From Azolla caroliniana (lineage: Eukaryota > Plantae > Polypodiophyta), in NCBI GenBank assembly GCA_043228905.1, contig JBHGNT010000008.1, forward strand, positions 18,600,001-18,664,000: a stretch of 64,000 nucleotides of DNA, written 5' to 3'. A program made the translations under genes and the position numbers. This document shows, piece after piece, positions 10,053-22,142 of the stretch. Each line of letters begins with the position of its first letter. Positions within the stretch are counted from its first letter, which is position 1. The notes beneath the pieces are model-generated. The model worked only from the letters and a program-made list of their open reading frames with translations, was not told where the DNA came from and did not search any database.

Positions 10053-13000
10053 ACCATATATAACATCGTCCCAGATGGAGACCAAGGTGTTCGATAATGG
10101 AGCAGCCTTCGTGCGCGTCAAGAGTCTTGATAGTAAAAGATCCGTTCAATTCCTGACGGTGCGAGCTAATCATGAAAGGAACCGAGATAGCCTTGGAGGC
10201 GAATCCTCGGATTTTTAAAGCGGACTATTGAAGCATGGGGCACAAATAGTCCGAGCAATCATAAGTCCCCACAAGGAAGCAAAGTGCCTGGATTGCAAGG
10301 AGAAGCAACATGCGTCACACCTGGCGGCGCATGCAAACTTAGACTACTCAACAAGAAGGAAAAGTGTCAGATACAAGACTTCGAGGAGGTGCTAAAAAAA
10401 GAAAGCATAATCGAAGAAGAAGAATTCGTGTCATATATTCTGGAGGAAGCCTCATTTAACGACACCATCGGTGAAATCGAGGAAGTCATGGATTTTATCT
10501 ATCCTCACCATCAACATGTGATTTCGGTTAACTCCGTCAACATGTATACTATCATCGATGAATATCATCGAGGCATCTTGATAGAGGAAGTTGAAGTCAA
10601 CACAAAATATAAAACCGTTGATACGAAGATCAAGCCAATTGTAGTTCCGCTATCGGAAGATAGCTGGCAAAAGATGAAGGAAGTTGCAAAAGATCCAAGC
10701 TTAAGGAACCCAAATACAATTGGTCACGTCTTCACTAAAGAGACGAAGGGAAAGCTACGAGTTGGAAGGGAGGATTTCCTCCTCCCTGAAGAGGAGCGGA
10801 TGTTTCATGGAATGCTTGAAAGACATGGGAAGGCTTTCGCGTTTTTCCCACAAGAAATCGGGTGTGCTAATCCAAGGACGGTAGAACCGATGGTGATCTT
10901 CACGGTGCCGCATGTGCCTTGGAATTTGAAACCGATACCGGTTCCGAGAGCACACCTACCAAAGCTAATCAAGCTCTTAAAGGAGAAGGTGAGGATGGGA
11001 ATTCTAGAACCGTCGAATGCTCCTTATTCTAATAGGTGGTTCACGGTGCCAAAGAAGAATGGATCGTTGCGATTCATTCAAGATCTTCGATCCGTCAACA
11101 AGGTGACAATTCGGAATGCTGGAATCGGTCCGAGTGTGGATGAATTTGCCGAGGCGTTTGCGGGCCGGTCCATCTACTCCATCGGCGATCTTTACTCTAG
11201 CTAAGATCAATTCCAGTTGGCGGTCGACAGTCGTGACATTACAACCATGAAAACTCCAATCGGGTTGGTGCGGATGTGTACCTTACCTCAAGGCGCAACG
11301 AACTCGGTGGCTCATATGGTGAATGCCATGAACAAGGTCTTGAAGGATTGCATCCCGGATATCACGATGCCATTCTTAGATGATATTCCGATAAAAGGAT
11401 GTTCGGATGAAGAGAAGGATGAATCAAAAGATAAGAATGGATGTAGAAAGTTCGTCATGGATCATATGAAAACTTGCGAGAAGGTGCTCCAAAGGCTCGA
11501 AGATGCGAATTTGACATTTTCGGGAGAAAAATCCGCATTCGGGCAACCGGAGATCCTGGTGGTAGGTCACTTGTGTGGAGCATACGGTCGGAAGCCTTCG
11601 CCATCCAAGGTGAATGCAATCCAAGACATGAAAGAAGAATGTGTAACCCAAACGGAGGTTCGAAGGTTCCTTAGAGCATGCGCGTTTTATCATATTTGGA
11701 TTCCACACTATGCCCACATTGCTGAGCCATTATATGGTCTACTAAAGAAGAAGCGGATGTTCGAATGGACGAGCGAGCATACAATCGCCATCCGAAGGCT
11801 GAAGAAATTATTGATGGAGGCACCTGCATTACGGAAAGCGGACTATTCATACGGCAAGCCCATTTTCGTGACTGTGGATACTAGTCCAATCGGAATTGGA
11901 TGGGTTATCAACCAAGAAGATGAAGATTGCAACCGATATGCAATTCGGTTTGGCGCGAAAGTGTTAAGTGACAGGCAAAGAAGGTATGCCCAAGTGAAGA
12001 GGGAGCTATGGGGGATCGTCTCGGCAATCAAATCTGATCGTGATTACCTTATTGGAGCAGAAGTCATAATTGAGACAGATTGCCTACCAATTTTGGGTAT
12101 GATATCTGGTTGTAATACACCGGATATTGCCATGTTGCGTTGGATTGCATATATCAAATCACTCAACCCGGAGATCCGTCATGTAGCTGGGAAGCGTAAT
12201 GTCGTTGCAGACATGCTATCACGAGCGAGATACGATGGAGAAGAAGATCGACATTCTGATGAAGATGATGTTGGCCTGGATTTCTTTGCAAGTTCCTATG
12301 CTCGGGTGTTGATTACTTTCATAGAAGAGGACTACGAAGGCGAATTCGTGGAGATCGGGAAATACTTGAGTTCTCTCCAAAAAGATGAATCATGGTCGAC
12401 GGAAGACTTCCATCGAATTCGGAAGAAAGCATACAAGTATTTCCTTAAGGATGGAGCTCTTTGGAAGCATGCAAAAAAGAAGAATGGGACTCCGATGAGA
12501 GTTGTTTGCAAGCTAGAAGACCAACAAAAACTAATGTCTGAATTTCATGATAGTGTTTTTGCAGGCCATTGAGGAATATGGGCTACATTTGCGAAGCTTA
12601 AGGAGAAATATTGGTGGCCGGGCATCTACAAAGATGTAGCAACTTATGTGGAAACATGTAAGGAATGTCAAATGTTTTCGAATATTCGCCATCGAGATGG
12701 ACTTCATCCAACTTACCCGTTGGTTATGCATTACAAGTGGATGGTGGACATCGTGATGATGCCAATGGGGCGATGGCAGATGAAGTATCTTGTGCTCGCA
12801 AGAGAGGATCTTACCAATCAAGTTGAAGGGCGAGCATTAAGAACTAAGGAGACATCATCGGTATGTCGATTCCTTCTTGAAGATGTTATTTGTAGATATG
12901 GATGCGTCGGCAAGATAGTGGCTGATAGAGGCAAGTTGGATGCCAATGAAGCTAGAGAATTCTTCTCAAGGATGGGAATCAAATTATCTCTTACCATGCC

Positions 13001-15008
13001 GTATAATCCGGAAGCAAATGGGAAGGTGGAACGTGGACATGGACCGATTGTGAAGGCTCTAGTGAAAGCTTGCCATGGGAAAATAGGAGAATGGCCGCGT
13101 CTATTGCCATTTGCATTATGGGCTGACAGGACTACTCCTAGCACGGTGACGGGATACATGCCGGTAGAGCTCATATTCGGACAAAAGCCAATAATGCCGG
13201 TAGAACAAAGTATTATTTCATGGTTTGCATTGCCATGGCAAGATGAGATAAGTAGAGAAGATCTTCTAGCATTGAGGATTCGACAATTAGAGCGGAATTT
13301 GGAAGATGTAGAGGTGGCTAAAGCGCGGCTAAAGAATGCAAGGCTAAAGAACAAGAAAGACTTCGATAAACGACATCGACTTCGGCCGAAGAAAATCGTT
13401 GAAGGAGATTGGGTGCTAGTCTATGACAGTAGCCTAGATAACCAACATAGTACGGCTCGAAAATTCTCACAATGATGGTTTGGGCCATATGTGGTGAAGA
13501 AAGTGGAAGATAATGCAACATATCATTTAGTAGAACTGGATGGTACACCACTTGCCTTGCCAATTGCCGGTAAAAGAATCAAGATCTTCAAGAGAAGAGA
13601 TAGAATAGAAATTGGATTTGAAGCTTTTGACGATTCAGTCTTAACCATCGATGAAAAAGTATAGTAAACAAAAATGAATCCTCACCAAAATTGGCACATA
13701 CCGGTGGATGTGCAGGTTTGTTGGGGGCGAATGTCGTGTGAATCTTCACACACTATGTAAAAAAATAATGAAATAATTATTATAGATTAGATTAGTAGCT
13801 TACTATAGAAAGATGGATATACTCAAGAGCTTCAAAATGTATTTTACTATATACAAAATGGAGAAATACATATCAAGTTATGAGAAAATAAAGTTTGATT
13901 AGATAGGGAAATTAGAACTATCCCACATAGATAGGAAAGTTAAGGCCCTGGCTATATAAACACCTTGAGCTCCCTCATTTTTCATTTGTGCTAAGAGCAC
14001 TTTGGCCACTTTGTCTTGATGGATGATGGTGGCCAAATTCCCTAAAACCGGAAACCGGCCGGTAAGCAAATTTGGAAAACGGGTCCGGTAAGCAAATCCG
14101 GAAACCGACCGGTATGCAATACGGAAACCAGCCGGCAAGCAAAGCGGAACTGGAACCTGCCGGCAAGCAAAACTGGAACCGGAACAGGTATGCAAACTGG
14201 AAACCGGCCGGCAAGCAAAACCGGAAATCGGCCGGTAAGCAAAATCGGAACCGGAACCGGCAAGCAAACCGGAACTGGCAAGCAAGCAAAACCAGAACCA
14301 GAACCGGCAAGTAAACCGGAACCAGAACCGACCGGCAAGCAAAATGGAACCGACGCGGACAGACGAAAGATTGGATCATGCAACAAACTAAAGTAAAGTG
14401 AAGAGAACTAAAGTAAAGGCCATGTGGACGCAAGCAACTAAAGGAGTGCATGGAAAAAGTAAAGGTCATGTGGACAGTCACATGCAACCAAAAGAAAAGG
14501 CTAGGCAACTAAAAGTAGAGGCCATGCAACAAAAAGTGGAAAGGCTATGATCAAGGGAGAACTCCATATTTATTCCATTTTTTTCCTATACTGATATACT
14601 CTCTATATTATCTTAACTTTCTTTTCTTTTCTTTGGGAGCTCTCTTATATTATCGAAGCCAATAACCCTAAATTTCCATACGGAAGTTATCTCTCAAGTA
14701 AACCATAATTTCCATACGGAAGCAATCTCTCAAAATCCAAAATTCCTTGTCAAAGCCATATCACTCAAGAATCATAATCTCTTATTTCCTCTAATCTATT
14801 ATTCTAATCATCTCCATGAGAGAAAACTTTTGTAATCCCAATCTTGGGATTGATTGTAATCTTTCTTTCCCTTTTATTAATGAAATTTGTTAATCTTTCT
14901 CATTTCGGTTAATTCTTAGTACATAAATACATAAATTTGATATCCTCTAGACAAAGGCCCCGGGGTCTTGCCTCAACGTTCACGTATCCTCGTCGTATTT
15001 TCGCGACA
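10053..15008 (+). mobile_element. Element C (3' part): same fungal-like Gypsy lineage; end of PR, pol and 3' LTR 13732..15008
   Basis: ORFs 10284..11204, 11217..12572 and 12648..13475 are RT/RH/INT similar to B, separated by in-frame stops. PPT aggtttgttgggggcgaa, then LTR TGTCGTGTG...TTCGCGACA. Confidence 0.9.
14040..14360 (+). repeat. Degenerate CCGG-rich minisatellite inside the LTR of element C
   Basis: Repeated aaccgg...ccggcaagcaaa units. Confidence 0.8.
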
Positions 15009-16023
15009 CCGTTTCTGAACTGGATGTCCCCTCAAGCATTCTTTGTTTCTTTCATGGTTAGGCGTCATGGTTAAGATATGGTCCCTCTTCCTTCCATCCT
15101 GACTCTTGATCCTCGCGAAAGTTGAATCATCATTAATCACAGTTGTTTCCATCCTTACTACGTTGATGTATGGTTCACCATCCTTTGTTTCCATACTCAC
15201 TACGTTGATGTATGGTTGACCAAGGATGACAGGGTAGGTTGATCCATCTTGCACATAGTAATTTTCATCCACCGACACATCTCCCATTGTTGCTTTCACA
15301 TTAGGAAATGCACCGAATAGATCCTCCATCATCTTTGTTGCAACTCTTTTCTTCGAACCATGATTCTTATAGATTGGCCACCTTGAGCACAACATTCCGA
15401 TGACATCATGTTAATTTCTGATCCATGATCCATCAAAGCAATACAAGGAATCTGTTGCTCCGTAATTTTTGTAGGCGCCTCCGGTGTTGCTTGAGCCCAA
15501 TGGTTCTTTGTATAATGACTCCTATCCCCTTCATGAATGCCAACATCATTTATCTTCTTTACACCTGCAACATTGATGGATTCATGATCCAAATCTTGGA
15601 GACTGTTGTTGTACACTCTCTCGTAACTTCTTCCATGACATGTTTTATATCTGTCGTGGCGTCTGTGTCCGAAACAAGCTTAAAAGTTGGGTCTATCTTC
15701 CCTTTGACTTTATCAGCTTCTTTTGACTCAGGAACATCCTTTTCCATCTCTCTTCTTTGAAGTTGTTCTTGTGTCTCATGTTTCTTTGCCGAATTAGCCT
15801 CCACAACTCTCTTTCGCTTCTCTTCCACTAGTGCATCTTGTACATTCACTTGGGCAAATGTTGATAGTGTGTCTACTGGATCATTCCATCCAGTGAAGGT
15901 TTCGTATATCATCTCCCACCAACATATTTCCATATCCTTTTGAATAGAGTTATTATTGGAGCAATACCTTTAATCGAGACGTCATCCAGAAACAGCATGG
16001 TGATGTCCGGGATGCAGTCCCTA
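15009..16023 (-). mobile_element. Element D: rearranged remnant of the same lineage (gag-PR fragment plus a short RT fragment)
   Basis: Minus-strand fragments TGWNDPVD, HYTKNHWAQAT, ALMDHGSEIN; RT piece DCIPDITMLFLDDVSIKG at ~15965-16023. Confidence 0.8.
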
Positions 16024-16024
16024 T

Positions 16025-19000
16025 TGTCCGCTGGAATAGTAACTGACGGACAAGAGCGCAGTAATATGGAATAGAATAATATTGTAACGCATGTAAACGG
16101 TTCACGCGGGAAGCGTGAACGGCTAAAAGACCCTACGTATATAAAGGGCAGAAAACCTCTGATAGAGGTAGCGTGTAATTTTGAATGTTAAATGCGTATC
16201 CTAATAGAGTTCTATCTTCTCTGATATCTGTGTGTATCTATGGTTAATATGTTGTGTGTCTGTAATCCTTAAGAGCCTAGGTGTGAGTAACGGTGTGTAC
16301 GCTAGCCCACTGTGTAAGGAGCTCGGTTGTAGCCATCTCCCTTATACGCTGCTAGGTTACAGGAGGTATCCCACTAAGTATTACGCACAGACGCTACCAT
16401 TTGTTGTCACACAGTCACTTTGAGGTCTAGGTCGAAGGACGGACCATAGACCGTGTTCCTAATCAGTAACACTTTTGGCACGCTGGGTGATCTGTGTCTT
16501 CTCACAGACGAACAACGACGAATGGATGTTTAGCCGCAGACGCCCGAGAGAACCAACACGACAAGACCGGCCAATCACAAGGTCCATCACATGCCAGGCA
16601 GAGGAACGCGCACGGCAAGAGCCTCGCCTTAGTAACCTCAGTACTACCTATCGGGACCACAAAGACGATTTCTCGCTCTCCAAATACCTCGGCGATATGA
16701 GCAAAGCGCGCTCACCACAAAAGCACTATGGTCTTTCCCTGCCCGCCGTAGCACCCAGGATGGCCTTTCCTTATCCCCGTTTCAACGGCGAAACTGACGC
16801 CGCAACCCACATCCGACTATTCCTCAATGTTTGGAATGCAAACCACATGGCGCAGAGCCTTTCCGAGGCAGTAGCGCACCAGTCCAAAATGACGGAGTTT
16901 GTATTAACCTTGGATGGGAGAGCGGCGTTTTGGCATTCGCAGATGGATCTGCCAGCAATTACGACCTTCGACCAGCTGCAGTCAGCCTTTCTGCGGTTTT
17001 TTCATTGGAGGGTGCTGCAACGCGAAATCCTCGGGCAGTTTTACACAATTAAACAGTTGCCAGCCAAGATGGTCGCGGATTTCAACTTACGTTTCCAAAA
17101 TCTACGGCGGAAATTAGAACGGGGCCCGACGGAGGACGAGGCTAGGGAGACATTTCTAGCAGCATTACGCCGACCCATACGGACAATGCTCAACAACAAT
17201 AGCGCGAAAGGGGAAACGACCGATATGGTCATAGAAAGAGCGCTACAGCTCGAGCTGGACGAAGAAGAGGAAAGGTTTTCCATGTCCTCATTACGACAAG
17301 CGTTACCTCAGGATGAGGAACGACATTTTTGTCAAGCGATCCAGTGCATGATTTGCTTGAATTCAAGGCATTCCGCAGTTGAATGCAACATGTGAATCCA
17401 CTGTCCAATCTGTCACTCGAAAGCTCACACAATTGAGCAGTGCGAGTACAATATGTTGAACAGAGCCACGCCCACAATACGCAGCGTGGACACACAGCGT
17501 CCCCCATGCTATAATGAACAAAGGTGGCAGTAAGACCGACCACGGTATATGGATTGCAATCCACGCAAGACCAGCACTACCGGAATCATCGGAATCACAA
17601 CGATTCCGAGGAAGACGAGCCGGAGGATGAAGACTACCGTGGCAACCCCAGAAATACTAAAGGGGGCCGACGCTATGAGAATTACCGTCCGACCAACAAA
17701 CGTGGCGGCTTCAATGGGCCTCGCGGAAAGCATCGGCAATATCGGAACCAACGACGGTACGACGAAAGTTCGGACGATGACTGGCACCAGGAACCACGCC
17801 GGGACCAACAACAACCACCGCGTATGCTCCGACGAACGAATCAGGACCGGGAAGAGTAAGTCACACCTGGGGATCGGCACACACCACCAAGGGCCAAGAA
17901 GGGCGAATCTAGCATCCATTGTTTTGTTTATCAACAGCCCGGACATTATGCCACACAATGCCCAGTACACAAGGGCAAGGGGCCCACCGTCAATACGATT
18001 ACGGCGGAAGTACAGCAAGTCACGACACGTCAGCAAACAAAAATTGTTGATTGGGCCGCACAAGATGAGATACGGCGGACAGCCTAGGCATGGGTTGAAA
18101 AAGAAAATGCGACAAATACGGAGCGCATGCGGAAGGAGTCCGCAAACACGGTGGAGCTATTGGAGGACGAGGGACCATCCCCGAACCTCATATGGCAAGC
18201 ACCGATAGGCTGCGAGATAACGTTAACCATGGAGAAGTTGCTGCAACTAGTCCCATGATTCCGCCAGGCCGTGGAAGAGCAGGTGACGGGCAGACCTGGG
18301 GTAACTGTCATCGTGAATTTTACGGACATTAGCGACGGACCAACAGTAGTGGATCACCACAACCCGGCTATTAAGTTGATATTACACGGTCGGGAAATCC
18401 CAGGATGCGTAATCAATGGCGGCTCGGCCGTTAATGTAATTAGCGCGAAGACATGCGAACAATTGGGAATTTCAGAATGGGAAGCTTGCCCGTTCTGGCT
18501 CCGCATGGCGGATACCAGCTCAGTACGACCATTGGGGTTGATACGCAAGGTAGGCATTATCGTGGGAGGACATCGCTTCGACATCTCGGTGGTAGTCCTC
18601 GCCCTTGACGCCCCAGGGGCGTATCCTATGTTGTTGGGCAGACTGTGGCTTCATTTAGCGAATATCAAGCAGAGCTGGCAACACAAGTGTATCAGCTTTC
18701 AACGCAGACGCACCAAGGTCCACATACCAATAGAGGAAATGGCGACACCACTCAAGGGCATAACACCATTGTACGCAGAGGATATAAATATGTTGGTTGG
18801 GGTGGATGATACAGAATTAGAGGCATACCTAGATGAGCACCCTCGGATTATTCCGCTGTTCAAAATCGACGTCATCGAAACCGCGGCGGAATAAGCCACT
18901 CCTGCTACACTCCACGACGAGGCTTACGAACCAAACCCAGAGTCAATATTAGAACTAAGCAGAGCACGGGCAACGTTCGAGAGGGAAATGGAAATTTCAC

Positions 19001-21376
19001 GGCGAGTCACCGCATCAGCCCTGGAAGAAGTAAACGTGGGTATGGCGTCAGAACCCTGTTTCCTCCATCGCAAAAGAATTAATGCCGGACTAGAAAGACG
19101 CGATGATAGCACTACTCAAGAAGTATAAATATGTGTTCGCCTGGGCCCACAAGGACATGAAGGGGTTAGATCCGAAGTTCTATCAACATAAGATCAATTT
19201 AGCAACCAACGCAAAACCGGTCCAGCAGCGTCGATATCGCATGAACCCAAACTACGTGGCCTACGTAAAATAAGAAATTGACAAACTCCTCAAGGTGGGA
19301 TTCATACAGCCAGTTAAACAAGCTATATGGTTAAGCCCGATCGTAGTCGTACCAAAGAAAAATGGCAAAATACGGGTATGCGTGGACTACCGAAAATTAA
19401 ACATCGTAACCATTACAGACGCATTCCCTTTACCTTTCACCGATAGCGTACTAGACGTCGTCACGGGGCATGACATGTACAGTTTTCTAGATGGCTTCAA
19501 TGGGTACAACCAAGTACGCATGCACCCCGAGGACCAAGAGAAGACGGCGTTTGTCATGGACTAGGGAGTCTATGTTGCAGTCGTCATGATGTTCGGGCTA
19601 AAGACGGCGCCGAAGACATTTCAACGGACAATCACAGAGATTTTTGGGGAATATATTCCAGCCTTCATGCAAGTTCTTTTAGGCGATTTTGCGGTATATG
19701 GGAGAGCAACCGACCATTCTACGCATCTGCAACTGTGCCTGGAACGTTGCCACACCGCACGCTTAAGCCTGAATCCCGCCAAATGTGCCTTCAGCATTAC
19801 CAACAGGGCCCTCCTTGGCCATATAGTTAGCAAGGAAGGGATAGCGGTCGACCCGAATAAAATATTCGCAATTACCCAAGCGAAAACGCCGACAAATGCG
19901 AAATCACTCAGCCATTTTTTAGGACAAATACGATGGCATAGTCAGATGATACGCTATTTGGCGAACTTCGCCACGCCGTTACATGCTGCCATTCATCGGA
20001 TTCCCTTCCAATGGACAGCTACGGAAGAAAAGGCATATGACGCGCTAAAGGTAATGCTGACGCAGGCACCCGTCGTACAACCACCAGTTTGGGCGAAGCC
20101 ATTCCACGTGTTTGTAGATGCCTCGGACATAGCAATAGGTAGTTCGCTAATGCAACTCACAAAGTCGAATTGGTATCGGCCGGTGTACTACGCTAGTTGG
20201 AAATTATCAACGACTGAGCGTAACTATTCCACAACGGAACGTGAGGCGTTGGGGATGATCTACAACATCAATAAGTTCCGGCATTATCTGCTAGGGCGGA
20301 AATTCACATTTCACGTGGATCATTCGACACTGCTATATCTGGTGGAGAAACAAGTGTTGACGGGGAAATTGGCGAGATGGATGTTGTTGCTTCAAGAATT
20401 CAACTTTGTAATTCAGCACCACCTGGGTACGCAACATGCAGTGGCAGATTTTTTGAGCAGACTCGATAATGGAGAAACGATGCAGAGGGATGACGATGAC
20501 TTTCCAGATGCAGACATTTTGCGGGTAGCAGCACTAGCAGAACAAACGGAAAAGACCTTCCCGGATCGGTGGCTCATGGAAATGGCCTACTTCCTGACCA
20601 CGGGGTTACCGCCACCCCAATTACGGAAGGATGAGAAAAAATGGTTGGCCGTCCGGAGTCGAAATTTCTATTTAGTGGAAAACATACTATACCACAAGGG
20701 CAGTGATGACATCTGGAGGCGCAGAATACGACAGGATGAGAAGGTCGTGGTTCTAAACGAAGCCCATTGTGGAACGGCAGGAGGACATTACATGGGCGAT
20801 GTTATAGCCCGGAAAATTTGGCAAGCAGGACTGTGGTGGCCGACAACGCAAAAGGACGCGTATGAATATTGTAGACAATGCGATTTATGCCAACGATTGG
20901 TCCAACCCACAGAAGTCGCAAGAATGCCACATCAACCAGTGTTGCCACTAGATCCTTTCCAAAAGTGGGGTTAGATTTCGTGGGACCTTTTACCTCGGTG
21001 GCCACTCGAACAGGCAATAAGTACATCCTGGTGGCTACGGATTACTGCACCAAGTGGGTAGAAGCGAAACCACTACGCAAGAATACTGCGGCAGTCACAG
21101 CGAAATTCTTGTACGAACACATCTGGTGTCGTTTTGGTTGCCCTATCGAGCTCATTAGTGACCAAGGGAGTCACTTTCTAAATACGGTCATCAGCGAACT
21201 AACCCAACATTACGCAGTGGTGCACAAGAAAAGTATGACGTATTACCCGCAGGCAAATGGCTTGGCGGAATCCACGAACAAAACCCTCCAATCTATCCTC
21301 AAAAAGATAATCAATGAGAACAGGACGGATTGGGACACCAAGTTGCATAGCGTGTTATGGGCATACTGTACCATGT
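16025..21376 (+). mobile_element. Element E: 3'-truncated non-chromovirus Ty3/Gypsy (Athila/Tat-like), decayed
   Basis: 5' LTR 16025..16471 (TG...CA), PBS-like tggcacgc (tRNA-Arg type) at 16476, gag 16475..17395, PR 18271..18894, RT (WLSPIVVVPKKNGKIRVCVDYRKLN), RH, and INT to ~21376. Confidence 0.85.
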
Positions 21377-22140
21377 GAGGGGATTTTTTGAACCTTAAGC
21401 ATGTATTCAACAACCCTTTCCATGGCCATGATCTCAATGGGAAGCGATCCCATCTCAAGGAGGAGGGTGTAGGGAGTTTGTTTCTTAACTAGTAGAAACT
21501 TTGTAAGAAAATGTTTTTGGACATTTTCAAACTCTTTCCACGTAGATTTAGGGATGCTACCTCCCCATACTTCCACCCCATATAGAAGAACCGGGGTCAC
21601 CAAAGTGTCAAAAAGATATTTCTTGAGGACCCAACACTTAATATCTCCAAGATTGCATGTGTTCTCAAATGCATAATATGCTCGCTTACCCACCTCTAAG
21701 CGGTGTGTAGCACATTCATTCTATTTATGATTTGAAGGAACTTCAAGGCCAAGATATTTGAAGCTTTCCACAAATTCAAGTGGCTCATTGTTGTACATAA
21801 TGCATGGTTTATCTCTTTTTTGACTCTTCACAAGCATAATCTTTGTTTTAGAGCTATTGACACTTAATCTAGTATGCATGCAAAAAATTTCCAATGCCTT
21901 CATAAGCTTTTGTGCATCTCTTGAAGTATTTGCAAAAAGCACTACATCATCCGCATATAACAAAAGCATAATCACAACATTCCCAATGGAAACTTCTTCA
22001 ACACATTCTTCCTTTACAAACTTGGTAACCATTTCTTCTAATTCATCAATGCATAGACGAAATAATGTTGGTGAGAGTGGGCATCTTTGCTTAACACCAA
22101 TAGTGTTATTGAAAAAATCTGAAGGAACTCTACAACTGTC
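21377..22140 (-). mobile_element. Non-LTR retrotransposon (LINE, RTE/RTEX-like) RT fragment
   Basis: GVKQRCPLSPTLF, LLLYADDVVLF, VESFKYLG and LFDTLVTPVLLYGVEVWG motifs on the minus strand. Confidence 0.85.
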
Positions 22141-22142
22141 TG

